NCBI GenBank assembly: GCA_963823665.1
Contig: CAWGMQ010000003.1
Span: 128,001-192,000, forward strand
Reading direction: 5' to 3'
Length of the DNA stretch: 64,000 nucleotides
Source of the DNA: an uncultured Planctomycetota bacterium
Lineage (GTDB): Bacteria; Planctomycetota; Planctomycetia; Isosphaerales; Isosphaeraceae
Shown: piece by piece, positions 46,561 through 57,307 of the stretch
How the letters are laid out: each line of letters begins with the position of its first letter
How positions within the stretch are numbered: the first letter of the stretch is position 1
Notes under the pieces: generated by a model
What the model was told of the DNA's origin: nothing
Database searches by the model: none
The model's input: the letters and a program-made list of their open reading frames with translations, nothing else
Translations under genes and position numbers: made by a program

Positions 46561-47645
46561 ATGGACGTAATAATCCTCGGCGGCGGCCCCGCCGGCACCG
46601 CGGCCGCCCTCGCGCTCTCGCAGCTCGGCCGCTCGGTAACGCTCCTCGAGCGCTCTCACTACGACTCCCCGCGCGTCGGCGAAGCTGCTTGCCCCGGAGG
46701 TGCGCCGCCCCTTGACCGAGCTCGGCCTCTGGAATCGCTTCATGGCCGAAAACCCGATCGCCTCACCAGGAACCGCGGCCGCCTGGGGCCGCGCCGATCT
46801 GGAAGACAATGACCACATCACCAACCCATCCGGCCCCGGATGGCACGTCGATCGCACTCGCTTCGACAGAATGCTGGCAATAGCCGCCAAGGCCGCCGGC
46901 GCGGAGGTCATTCACGGCGCCCGCCTGAACCGCTGTCGCGCCACCCCCGCCATCAACTGGCACATCGAGGCGACCACCGCCGACGGCACAACCATCGAAC
47001 GGCGTGCCCGCGCCATGATCGACGCCACCGGCCGTCACGCAGTCGCCGCGCGCAGCTCGGCGTCGGCCGAATCATTCACGACCGTCTGGTCGGCCTCTGG
47101 GCGCTGATCGACCCAGCCCCTGGCAACGCGACCCACGATCGTCGAACACTGATCGAAGCCACTGAGCACGGCTGGTGGTATTCCGCGCTCCTCCCCGACG
47201 GCCGCCACGCCGCGGCGTTCATGACCGACCCCGACCTGCTCCCCTCCGGCACAGCCGCGCGAAATGCGCCTGGCGCACATTCCTCGCGCAAGCTCCACAC
47301 ACAAAGGCTCGTGTAGGCCCAGCTCCAGACCTCCCGCGCCCGAGAATCGTCCCCGCATTCACCTCCCGTCTCGAGATGACGGCCGGCTCAGGTTGGCTGG
47401 CCGTAGGCGACGCCGCGATGTCATTCGACCCACTCTCAGCGCAAGGCGTAACTTGGGCCCTGGAGTCCGCCCTCGCCGCCGCCCGCGCCCTGCACGCCCA
47501 CCTCGACGGAAACCCGAGCGCGGCCCTCGACTACACCCACCGCGCCAACCTCGATTTCCACCTCTATCTCAGCCAACGCCGCGCCGTCTATTCCCAGGAG
47601 CACCGCTGGCCAAACTCCCCCTTCTGGCGCCGCCGCGCACCGTAG
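46561..47645 (+). CDS. LodB/GoxB-like FAD-dependent oxidoreductase (frameshifts near 46695, 47050, 47270)
   Basis: ILGGGPAG, RVGE, GWHVDRTRFD, IDATGR, GWWYSALLP, AVGDAAMSFDPLSAQG, RWPNSPFWRRR. Confidence 0.88.
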
Positions 47646-47780
47646 GTCAGGCATCAGCCTGACGATTGAGTAGGTCAGGCTCTAGCCTGACGCCCCACCA
47701 GCGTGCGCCCCATCACCCGCCGGCCAGAACCCGCACCACTCATCGACCAATCCATGAATCAACCTCCCCAAAAAAAATCA

Positions 47781-47815
47781 CGTAAGGCAATTCGTCCCGG
47801 CTCGTATCTTCCTTA
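47781..47815 (+). promoter_or_regulatory. Conserved upstream motif, copy 2
   Basis: CGTAAGGCAA-N10-CTCGTATCTTCCTTA. Confidence 0.7.
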
Positions 47816-47881
47816 ATAGATGGAACGCTCAATGCCAAAGCCAACCCACATGTAAGAAACCAGCCCACGGAGCCCCAACCC

Positions 47882-48136
47882 ATGCCCAACCAATACAAGG
47901 GCGGCCAGGGAAACACGCCCGCGACCTGCTATGGCGCCCCGATTCCACCTGACCTGGGCGTCGACCCGATGGCGGGTCCGTTCCTCCCAATGGTATCCGT
48001 CTCAAACCCGTTCCAGACGTGCGGCCCGTCCGTGTGCCCGGCAACCTCGTGCTGCGGCGGCGGCACAGGCGGCGGCACAAGCGGCGGAACAACCAAAGGC
48101 GCGGGTTCCATTAATCCCGGATCCGTCACGCGTTAA
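47882..48136 (+). CDS. Small Cys/Gly/Pro-rich protein (84 aa)
   Basis: GGAG SD; lies between the motif and the RHS gene; 5 Cys and a GGGTGGGTSGG stretch. Confidence 0.55.
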   Translation: MPNQYKGGQGNTPATCYGAPIPPDLGVDPMAGPFLPMVSVSNPFQTCGPSVCPATSCCGGGTGGGTSGGTTKGAGSINPGSVTR

Positions 48137-48273
48137 GCAGCCCCCATCGGCATCGTCTAGCAAACCGAACGCCGCCCGAGCCAACTCACCCGGCACTCCC
48201 GACAGCGCCGCTCTCGGTCGCGCACGCGCTCCGTCCTCCGCTCCGTCTTCCGTCCTATTTTGGGAGATCTCCA

Positions 48274-51200
48274 ATGGACCCGTCCGTCCAGGGCACCGGC
48301 CAGCTCGTCCTCGCCCGCGCCAACGCGGCCTCACGCCAGCTCTCGGTCCAGCCCCCGCTGCCCCCAGGCTGTGCCACGGGCGGATGCATCGCTCCAGTTG
48401 GAAGTAGCTGCATGGTTCAGAGTGCCACGGTCGATCCGAGGTCTCTCTTCCTGATCCTGAACTGGGCTCCACCCTCCGGCAGCCCCGCCGACCTACCTCT
48501 TGTCTTCACTTATAAGAGCGACGGTTCTTACACCAACGAGTTCGGGGCCAACTGGTCCGCAACCCACCAGCGCTTCGCTGAAAACATCGTTCCCGTCAAT
48601 CCCAACCCCGTTAACCTCAACACTCCGAACTTTCTCTACTCCTATACCAACAATGGCACGTCCTACTCGGTCGTCGGCCCCAGCCAGAACAGCTTGGTCG
48701 GCAACACCACCACGGGCTGGACCGAAACCCAGCCCGATGGCACGAGCTTCAAGTACTTGAATACCGGGGTCCTCAGCGCCGTCGCCAACCGGGCGAACGT
48801 CCGCTGGACCATGATCTGGGACGCCGGCTTCAACCACGTGCAGGCGATCCTGGGACCCTTCGGCCGCCGCACCACCTTCATCTACAACGCATCAAACTTC
48901 GTCAAGCGCATAGTGGACCCCGGCGGCCGGATCACGTCGCTCACCGTGAACGCCAACAGCGATCTCTCACGGATCATCAGCCCCGAGCTCTGCACCACAA
49001 CCTTCGTCTACGACGGCTCGCACCACCTGGTCGCCTGGATTAATCCCCTGGGTGACCGCACCACCTTTATCTACAAATCCGGAACTCCCAACGTGAGCGC
49101 CGTCCAGCAGCCGCTGGGCCAGCGCACCACCTTTGCCTCGGTGACGACATTCTTCCCGTCGACGACCAGCACGGTGATCACCAGCCCCCGAAACGCACGG
49201 ACCACACTCCAGTTCGGGCTCCTGACAGCTCCAACGATCGTGATCACAGACCCGTTCGGCAACCAAGCGCTGAGCTTCCCGGACCGCAGCGGCCAGACCG
49301 GCCAGACCCAGGCCGTCGCCGACGCTCGCGGTGTCCGCACCTCCTTCACCTTCCAGTTGCTGAACAACGGCGTCTACACTGTCTCAGGCATCCAGAAAAA
49401 CGGCTACAATTCCGGCACGGGACTAGGCCAGTACGCGTTCTTCTACAACAGCAACAGCCAGGTCAAAGCCGTCGTCGACGAGATCGGCAACCGTTCGACC
49501 CTGGTCTGGAACAGCCAGGGCAACCGCGCTGCCGTGATCGACCCCTTCGGCAAGCGAACGAGCTATGTCTACGATTCGCTCGGGCGTCTATCAGCAGTGC
49601 AAAACGCGCTGGGCCAGCGTGCAACCCAAACCTACGACACTCAGGGACGCCCCCTGGCCGATATCAACCCGCTAGGCCAGCGATACACGTACGCGTACGA
49701 CGTCAACAGCCAGCTCCTGCGCACGACCGACCCACTTGGGCACATAGCAACAACAATCCATGACAATATGAACCGTCTGACCTTACAAATCGACGCAGTC
49801 GGTAACCGCACGAGCTTTACCTACGACGCCAACGGCCGCATGACGCGCGTGACCGCGCCACTCGGGCGAATCACGACCTGGCTCTACGATAACAACAGCC
49901 GGGTCGTGGCGAAGGTCGATCCTCTCGCCCTGCGCACGAGCTATGCCTACGATGCGGCGAGCAACCCGATCCGAACAACCAATCCGCTGGGCCAGATCAC
50001 TTCAAACGTCTTCGACCTCGGAAATCGTGTCACCGCCCAGATCGACCCGCTTGGTAACCGCACCAGCATTTCCTACGACGTCGCGTGGAACCAGGTCCGT
50101 GTCACAAACCCTCTCGGTCAGATCTCGAGCATAGTCTTTGACACGACGAACCGCCCGTCCGTAACGATTGACCCCCTGGGCAACCGCTTCAGTTTCACCT
50201 ACGACTTCGCCGACGATCGGATCCGGACGACAAACCCGCTCGGGTTCATCACGACGACGGTATTCGACAAGTTGCTGCGGCCAGTGGCGAAAATCGACCC
50301 ACTGTTCAACCGAACGACGGCAACATTCGACATCGGCGGCCGTTCGATCCGCGTCCAGGACGCCAACGCCAAGATTACGACGATCCTCTACGACGGAGCG
50401 AATCGCGTCGCCGGCACTCTGAACGCCAACGGCTTCCGCACAACCCAAGTCTACGACGCCGAAGGCCGGGTCGTCGCCCTCGTCGACGCCAACGCTCACC
50501 GAAACACGTTCGTGTTCGACGCCGACGGCAGGCAAACGGTCGCAATCGATCCCCTGGGCCATCGAACGAGCTCTCAGTACGACGCCGCCAGCCGCCAGAC
50601 ACTTCGTATCGATGCCAGGGGCTTCCGCACGAGCTATCTCTACGACAACGACGACCGACCCACAGGCCAGCAGTACCCCGATGGCACGCGCGTCACGTAC
50701 GCCTACGACAACGCGGGCCGCCGCACCCTACTGAGCGACGCCACGGGCCGCACTTCGACCACGTACGATGCCGATGGCCGAACAACCCTCGTCGTCAATC
50801 CAGCCGCGCTGCGTCTGACATATGCCTACGACGCCGCCAGCCGGAGGAAGTATCTGACCGAGCCCGAAGGCGCTCGCTTCACCTACGTCTTCGACGCCGC
50901 GGGCCGAACAAGCTACGTCGCCAATCCACAGGCTCAGCGTGCAACTTACAGCTACGACGCCGCCAGTCGCGTCACAGGCATCCACTACGCCAACACGACC
51001 CGCACATCGTACCTATATGACAACGCCGACAGACTCCTCCGCGTGGCCAACCTGAACTCGACGAACACGACCCTCTCGAGCTTCTCTTACGCGCTCGACG
51101 CAGTGGGCAACCGCAAGCGCGTGGTCGAAGTCACCGGCAACCGTGTCACCTGGACTTACGACAATACCTACCAGCTCACCAACGAACAGCGCAGCGGCTC

Positions 51201-51529
51201 GAATTTTTATAACATCACATGTACATATGATCCTATAGGCAATCGCCTCGCCCTGATCAACGGTGGAGTCCGCACCACCAGCACCTACGTCGCGGCCAAC
51301 GAACTGATCAAAACGCAGGTTATCGCCGGCGTGACGACCATCACCTATGACGCCAATGGTAACACGCTGCTCAGCCGCGACCCCTCGAACAATCGAACCT
51401 CATACACCTGGGACTTCGAGAACCGAATGACCCAGGTTGCCTTGCCAGCCGCGATTGTGAATACCTTCACATACAACGGTGACGGCCAGCGAACTCAAAA
51501 GCAGGATTCAACGGGAACGACCAAACACG
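48274..51529 (+). pseudogene. RHS/YD-repeat protein truncated by IS21 before the core end and toxin domain
   Basis: Dozens of YD..GR / DPLG..T repeats; frame enters the IS at STGTTKH; no DPxG cleavage motif. Confidence 0.9.
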
Positions 51530-51776
51530 TGTCAGCAGCAACGAAACGCTGAGCCATTATCGCAGAGCCACCTGAGCCATTCCGCGATCGGTCGATGGTG
51601 GGTTTGGCTCTCTCTCAGCGTCTTTACCAAGTTTCTGGCACGTGTGATTCAATGCAGGTAGGCTGGAGTGTAATTGCCGCTCAGTCGCCGATGACGGCTC
51701 TTTCAATCCACGGCGCAAAGTGGCGGCGGGAAGTTCCACCTTCCCGCCGCCTGACCGCTCGGGAGCAATCCCTCCC

Positions 51777-52436
51777 GTGGGCCATTCTCAGTTTCCGCGC
51801 GCATCACCGTCGGGTCAATCACCCCGATCTCGGCGTTGGCACCCCAACTGCCACCGTTGCCTGCTCAAAGGCTGTGAAGTCTGGTTCTTGCCGCGCCGGC
51901 CTCAGGCGCGATATTGCAGCCCGGCCTGTCAGGAATCCGCCTGCCGCTGGCGCCGCTGGCTTTCCTGCCAGCGCTTCAAGGCTACTACCCATGGCAAGGC
52001 AATCCGGCGAGAGCAGGCCCGACGCTATCGAATCCGTCTCCAGCAACGATCATTTCTTGCTGAACCGGCGCCGCCAGCCTGCGACGTCGAGCTGACTTCC
52101 CCAGTCGTCGAGTCGCAGACATCCACCGCATCCGAGCCGCCTCCGCTCGCCTCAACACCCGCCGAGGGCCAGCGCCCAGCCAAAATACCCGAACAATCTT
52201 GCGGTCTGCCTTGCCACAGACCTGGCTGCTACATGTTATTCCTTCCCTCGGGGCGTTCTCCCGATCAGAAATTCTGTTCCTACTCGTGCCACCAAGCGTT
52301 ACGACGAGTTCGACAACGCGAACTTCGACTCCGGCAACGACGCCGGCGCGGGGTTCTTCCCCGTTATATGCATCGCCGCGGACCGCCTCAACATCCCCTT
52401 CTCATGTCGTCACGTATAGAGGACGTTACCCCCTAA
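51777..52436 (+). CDS. Cys-rich, Arg-rich IS21 passenger protein (two putative zinc modules)
   Basis: CLLKGC..WF.P....ARYCSPAC and CHRPGC..LF.P....QKFCSYSC. Confidence 0.65.
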   Translation: MGHSQFPRASPSGQSPRSRRWHPNCHRCLLKGCEVWFLPRRPQARYCSPACQESACRWRRWLSCQRFKATTHGKAIRREQARRYRIRLQQRSFLAEPAPPACDVELTSPVVESQTSTASEPPPLASTPAEGQRPAKIPEQSCGLPCHRPGCYMLFLPSGRSPDQKFCSYSCHQALRRVRQRELRLRQRRRRGVLPRYMHRRGPPQHPLLMSSRIEDVTP

Positions 52437-52541
52437 TACTTATGTTTGTTCTTGCCCAAGAACCGAGGAGGAAGCGGGAGGGCCGGGCCCTCCGGTCTCC
52501 CGTTTCCTTACTCGGATTGGGCCTTTGTGACCAGGTTTCTC

Positions 52542-53474
52542 ATGACAGACTCGTACACGACGGACATCCGCTTCATGGCGGTGGATCAACTGGGTCAGCG
52601 GTATCGGCGCTATCGCCTTCCCGATCCCGACGCCGAGGCCGCCATGGCGGCATCCCTGAGTCGCTATGGACAGCAAACTCCCGTAGTCGTCTGCCTGCGA
52701 GAGGAAAGATACGAGGTTCTCGACGGCTTCAAGCGTCTGGCAGCCGCGCAGACACTCGGTTTCCTGACCGTCAGCACGCGGGTCGTGGAAGTTAATGAGC
52801 GCCTGGCCAAGGCGACGATCCTGGGCCTCAATCAAACCGGCAGGCGGACTCAAGAGTGGGAGGAAGCTTGGATCGTGCACGCCTTGGTGCGCGAGGACGG
52901 TCTGACGCAGGAGGAGGTCGCCGAGCTGCTCTCCCACCACAAGAGCTGGGTCTGCCGTCGGCTGGCCCTGGTCGAGAAGCTGGCCGACGCGGCCAAGAAC
53001 GACCTGCGATTGGGGCTGTTGTCGGTCACGGCCGCTCGCTCGCTGGTGCGGTTGCCGGCCGGCAACCAACCTGAGCTTCTTGCAACGCTCCGCCGCGACA
53101 AGCTGACGGCTGCCGAGCTCGATGGCGTCGTGAATCTGCTCCAAGCGGCGCCCGGTCAGACTCAGGAAGAGTACATCTTGGCCCAGCCGCGCCAGGCCTT
53201 GCGGCAAGCACGGGAGGAGACTGGCTGGGCCTGGGACCCAAGGCTAAGCAGTTCGGGCAACCGCGTGGCGCGACGTCTCACCTACGTCCTTGAGGACCTG
53301 GGTCGCATCGAGACCTGGCTGCGCAGTCAGGGCCGCGCCGGCTTGACCCCCTGCGATCACTTGGTGCTGACGTCAGCATTCTCCAAGTTGGCGCGTGATG
53401 CCTCCAGCGTGGCCTCTTTGGCTCAGGACCTCATCGGAGAGTTGAACAATCATGACCGAGCAAAAGCGCAATGA
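52542..53474 (+). CDS. ParB/RepB/Spo0J-like protein
   Basis: SLSRYGQQTPVVV, VLDGFKRL, HTH LTQEEVAELLSHHKSWVCRRL. Confidence 0.88.
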   Translation: MTDSYTTDIRFMAVDQLGQRYRRYRLPDPDAEAAMAASLSRYGQQTPVVVCLREERYEVLDGFKRLAAAQTLGFLTVSTRVVEVNERLAKATILGLNQTGRRTQEWEEAWIVHALVREDGLTQEEVAELLSHHKSWVCRRLALVEKLADAAKNDLRLGLLSVTAARSLVRLPAGNQPELLATLRRDKLTAAELDGVVNLLQAAPGQTQEEYILAQPRQALRQAREETGWAWDPRLSSSGNRVARRLTYVLEDLGRIETWLRSQGRAGLTPCDHLVLTSAFSKLARDASSVASLAQDLIGELNNHDRAKAQ

Positions 53475-55014
53475 GATTGTCAGCCGCTGGCGCGGCGGTG
53501 CATCAATGCGACAGATCGCCCGCGAGTTGGGACTGGCACGGAACACGGTGAGCCGGGTGCTTGTCGGGATTGATGCCCAGCGGGCCGGCAAGGCGTCGAC
53601 CTCGCGCAGACGACCCAGCCAGCTCGATCCCTACGAGCCGGTCATCCTCGAGCTCCTGGGCCGATATCCCGATTTGACCGGCGTACGGCTCTTGGAAGAG
53701 CTGCGCCAGCAGGGCTTCCCGGGCAGCTATAGCACGGTCCGCCAGCGGCTACGCGAGCTCCGTCCGGGCTCGGGACCACAGCCGGTCATCCGCTTTGAGA
53801 CTGGGCCGGGTGTCCAGGCTCAGATGGATTACGCCGTCTACGATCTGGACTTCACTTGTGAAGGCCGGCGCCGCGTCAATTTGTTCAGCTACATCCTGGG
53901 CTATTCACGGCGGCAGTATCTGCGCTTCGTCGAGGCCCAGGACATGGTGACCACCCTGCGTGAGCACGTGCGGGCCTTTATGCATCTGGGAGGCGTGGCC
54001 GCTACCTGCTTGTATGACAATATGAAAGTTGTGGTCAGTGGTCACGAGGATGACGTGCCGATCTACAACCCGCGGTTCCTGGCCTTCGCCACCCACTACG
54101 GATTCCGGCCAGTGGCCTGCCGCGTGCGGCGGCCTCAAACCAAGGGAAAGGTGGAACGCCCGTTTTATTACGTTGAAACCAGCTTGTTCAACGGCCGCAG
54201 CTTCGAATCGCTCAGTCATCTGAATGAGACCACCGATTGGTGGCTGGCGCAGGTCGCGGATGTCCGCGAGCTCCGCGCCGCCGGCAAGACGCCCTTGCAG
54301 CTGCATCAGGAGGAACTTCCCCACCTGATCCCGTTACCAAACCAAGCTTATGTGGTCGCCCCGGTTATCTATCGCACAGTCGACGTCGAAGGCTTGGTCA
54401 CTTACTGCCAGAACGGCTACTCAGTGCCTTGGCGGTACATCGGCTGCGTGTTGCCGGTGCGGGTGACCGAGACCGAGGTGATCGTTTACGGTCCTCAGGT
54501 CGAGGAGATCACCCGGCACGCGCTGTTGCCGCGCACGGCCAGAGGGCAACGGAGCGTGCACAAGGAGCACCGGCCTAACGAAAGCACACACCGGCGACAG
54601 GCGCAACTGGAGGAACGCTTTGGCGAGCTGGGCGAAGTGGGCCGTCGGTTCCTGGAAGGGCTGCTGAGAGTTCAGCGATACGGTAAGGACCAGGCGCAGC
54701 GAGTGCTGGCACTATTGGGAACCTACACCCGAACAGACGTGATCGCCGCGTTGGAGCGAGCGGTCCGATATGGTGCTTATTCTCATGCGGCGGCGGCACG
54801 TATCCTGTCGGTCCAAGCTCGACCGAAGACTATCTTGGAGGTGCTGGCCGACGAAGAGCGTCCGCTGCCTCCTTGGCTGGGCGAGGATAAGGTGTCCCCG
54901 CGCCCGACGTCAGGCTACCAATACCTTTGCGAGCCGGAGGAGCACGAGGATGAAGACCCGACCAGCGCCCAAGGCGAAGCCGGCGGGGACGGAACTGCGC
55001 CAGAAGATCCTTGA
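53452..55014 (+). CDS. istA: IS21 transposase
   Basis: N-terminal HTH, RFETGPG.QAQMD, YDNMK, PQTKGKVER. Confidence 0.95.
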   Translation: MTEQKRNEIVSRWRGGASMRQIARELGLARNTVSRVLVGIDAQRAGKASTSRRRPSQLDPYEPVILELLGRYPDLTGVRLLEELRQQGFPGSYSTVRQRLRELRPGSGPQPVIRFETGPGVQAQMDYAVYDLDFTCEGRRRVNLFSYILGYSRRQYLRFVEAQDMVTTLREHVRAFMHLGGVAATCLYDNMKVVVSGHEDDVPIYNPRFLAFATHYGFRPVACRVRRPQTKGKVERPFYYVETSLFNGRSFESLSHLNETTDWWLAQVADVRELRAAGKTPLQLHQEELPHLIPLPNQAYVVAPVIYRTVDVEGLVTYCQNGYSVPWRYIGCVLPVRVTETEVIVYGPQVEEITRHALLPRTARGQRSVHKEHRPNESTHRRQAQLEERFGELGEVGRRFLEGLLRVQRYGKDQAQRVLALLGTYTRTDVIAALERAVRYGAYSHAAAARILSVQARPKTILEVLADEERPLPPWLGEDKVSPRPTSGYQYLCEPEEHEDEDPTSAQGEAGGDGTAPEDP

Positions 55015-55765
55015 GGACTTCGAGGTGCTGGGCATTCCCCTGCGGTCCGAGCAACTCGACGCGGTTGTAGGCCGTGCCGAGAGCGACGGGCTATCCCACC
55101 TGGAATTCCTACGGTTGCTGATCAGCGAGCAAGCCAACGGGCGTCGTGATCGCAGGATTGCCCACCGTATCCGCGAAGCCAGCTTCGCTGAAAACAAAAC
55201 GCTGGCTGACTTCGATTGGCAGTTCAATGCGGCGGTTATCGATCGAGTGCGGATCGAGGCATTAGCCGAAGGGGAGTTCATCGGCCGGCATCAAAGTCTG
55301 GTTTGGGTGGGTCAAAGCGGCGTCGGCAAAAGTCATCTGATCCAAGCGATTGGCCAGTGTGCCTGTGTGCTGGGTTACCGGGTGCGGTACGAGACCAGCA
55401 GCTCAATTTTGCAAAAACTGACAGCAGCGCTGGCGGACCAGACGTTGCCGAGCCACTTGCGATACTATGCCAAATTCGATCTGTTGATTCTCGACGAGGT
55501 CGGCTTCGACCGACTGGAACGGATCGAATCGCCCCAAGCGGCCAGCCTGTTGTACAAGCTGATCAACGTCCGCAGTGGGCGGTCGACGGCATTGGTGACG
55601 AACATCGACTTCGACGCATGGGGCGACTACTGGGGCGATCCACCGTTGGCAATGGCGTTCTTGGACCGAGTTGTCGACGGAGCGATCATCATGAAGATCA
55701 ACGGCAAGTCGTATCGGGCGCATCGGGGCGAACAAGCATCGGCCGTCAAGCGACCGAAGAAGTGA
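54950..55765 (+). CDS. istB: IS21 helper ATPase
   Basis: GQSGVGKS, LLILDEVG, TN, AFLDRV, GKSYR. Confidence 0.95.
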   Translation: MKTRPAPKAKPAGTELRQKILEDFEVLGIPLRSEQLDAVVGRAESDGLSHLEFLRLLISEQANGRRDRRIAHRIREASFAENKTLADFDWQFNAAVIDRVRIEALAEGEFIGRHQSLVWVGQSGVGKSHLIQAIGQCACVLGYRVRYETSSSILQKLTAALADQTLPSHLRYYAKFDLLILDEVGFDRLERIESPQAASLLYKLINVRSGRSTALVTNIDFDAWGDYWGDPPLAMAFLDRVVDGAIIMKINGKSYRAHRGEQASAVKRPKK

Positions 55766-56202
55766 AATAGCGTCGACGCCGGAGCTAGGGATCAGCCAGT
55801 CGACTTGATTTGATCCACGCTTCATCGAACGACGGCCGTCACATCCCGAAGCACCTTGTCTGTGCTTCACGCGGCAACCATTCAAGTGGTTCAATTCTGG
55901 CTGCGAAAGTGGCTCACTTCCTGGCTGCCGTTGAAACAAATGTTTCGTTTGTAATGTCGATGGTTGGCATGTCGACATCATACCAAGTGCCACGATGCCA
56001 CGCCGGCGGCCGCTGGCGGAAATAAAGGGGATTATCTACGCCTAGAAGGGAGCTTGGCCGATGCTGCGGGCGGGTGTTGCCGAAACACCACGCAGCTCAA
56101 AAGACTCGGCGTCATTCGCAACCCCGGAAATGAACTTGTCCTGTTGGTACTGCAAGTCTACAGCGGCGACCGCATCATCGCCAGCCAAGCCCAATCACAT
56201 GA

Positions 56203-57307
56203 CTACGCTGACATCGGCGTTACGAAATCATCTCGCATTCGAAATGCGGCGGATGACCCGTTCTCGACAAGCGAATCAAGCAGCAGAAGTACCGCGTCTC
56301 GCAGATCTTTCTGGCGTTTCAGTTCCAAGGGCCTACCATAAACATATCGCTGCAGCAGAACTTCGAGCATGTAGACTGTATCACTGCTCTTTAACATTTG
56401 TGTGGGATCCGCGTGGGCCAGACGTTTTGCAATCACCTCGAAGGCTTTCGGGAGCGATTGCTCACCGATGCGGTACAGGAACTCAACGTAGTCATGCAGA
56501 ATCGTCGAAGAGGCGGGCAACGCCTCGAAGAACGAATGAACGTTGTTTGCATATCCCTCCAGGCTTCGCCAGTGACGCGCCTCCTTTTTCCACCAACTTC
56601 CTAGAAACATAGCCGACATCATCTCGCCGCCCGTCGGATATCTGGTGTCGATCGTTTCAAGCCAAGGTGCGTGTCGGACCTTGTCGGCAAAAAGCGACCA
56701 AAGGGACCAAAACACTGGAGTATTAGGCTGTCGATCTTCGACACCGATCAGTTTAAGCAGAATCCAATGGACTTCCTTAGGGTGACGATCAACGGCGCCA
56801 AGTATTGGCTCGAGTATATCGGTTGCCGCCCCGGTTGACGTCTGGAGTAAGAAGTTTTCGAGAAGTTCCGTCAGTGATGATTCGGTCTCGTGGTTTCGTT
56901 CTCGCCGTCCGTTTTGGTGGTTTTTTTGGCGATCGTCATCTGCGTCCCACCACGCGACCAAGGTATGCGCGAGCCGCTGAAATCCCTTTCTCGCTGCAGA
57001 TTCATTCGGCGCCTGTCCTAAGATCGCTAGGATTCGGCAATCCGCCTCCGCACCGAACCACTGGGTGGTGTCCAACGCTTCGTACGCATCATTCGCGAAG
57101 GCATTTGCGTCGAAGAAACCCTGTCGAACAACGGCGCATACCTCGGCGGCAATATCGTCGAACTGCCGGCGATCCTGATAAGGGCGGCGTGCCTCAGTAT
57201 CTGACGCCTGTTGCAACAACGATGCTTCCGTCGCCAGAGCGTTTATAGAACGCAGCGCCAATTCACGATCAACCGCCCACAAATGATTTCCTATGCCCCA
57301 TGCAGCG
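56203..57307 (-). pseudogene. C-terminal fragment of a large helical protein, possibly an Avs-like STAND NTPase; 5' part lost at IS3
   Basis: Open ~367 codons ending LLLLDSLVENGSSAAFRMRDDFVTP; family from recall only. Confidence 0.5.

Larger units (their letters stand above)
51530..55938 (+). mobile_element. IS21-family element carrying two extra genes
   Basis: TGT...ACA ends with internal TGAGCCA repeats at both ends; istA/istB; no target duplication seen. Confidence 0.88.

Noticed and set aside
44935..48136. RiPP cluster with the 84-aa ORF as precursor
   Set aside because: The flavoprotein is explained as the LodB-type CTQ maturase, and no peptidase, transporter or RiPP recognition element is evident.
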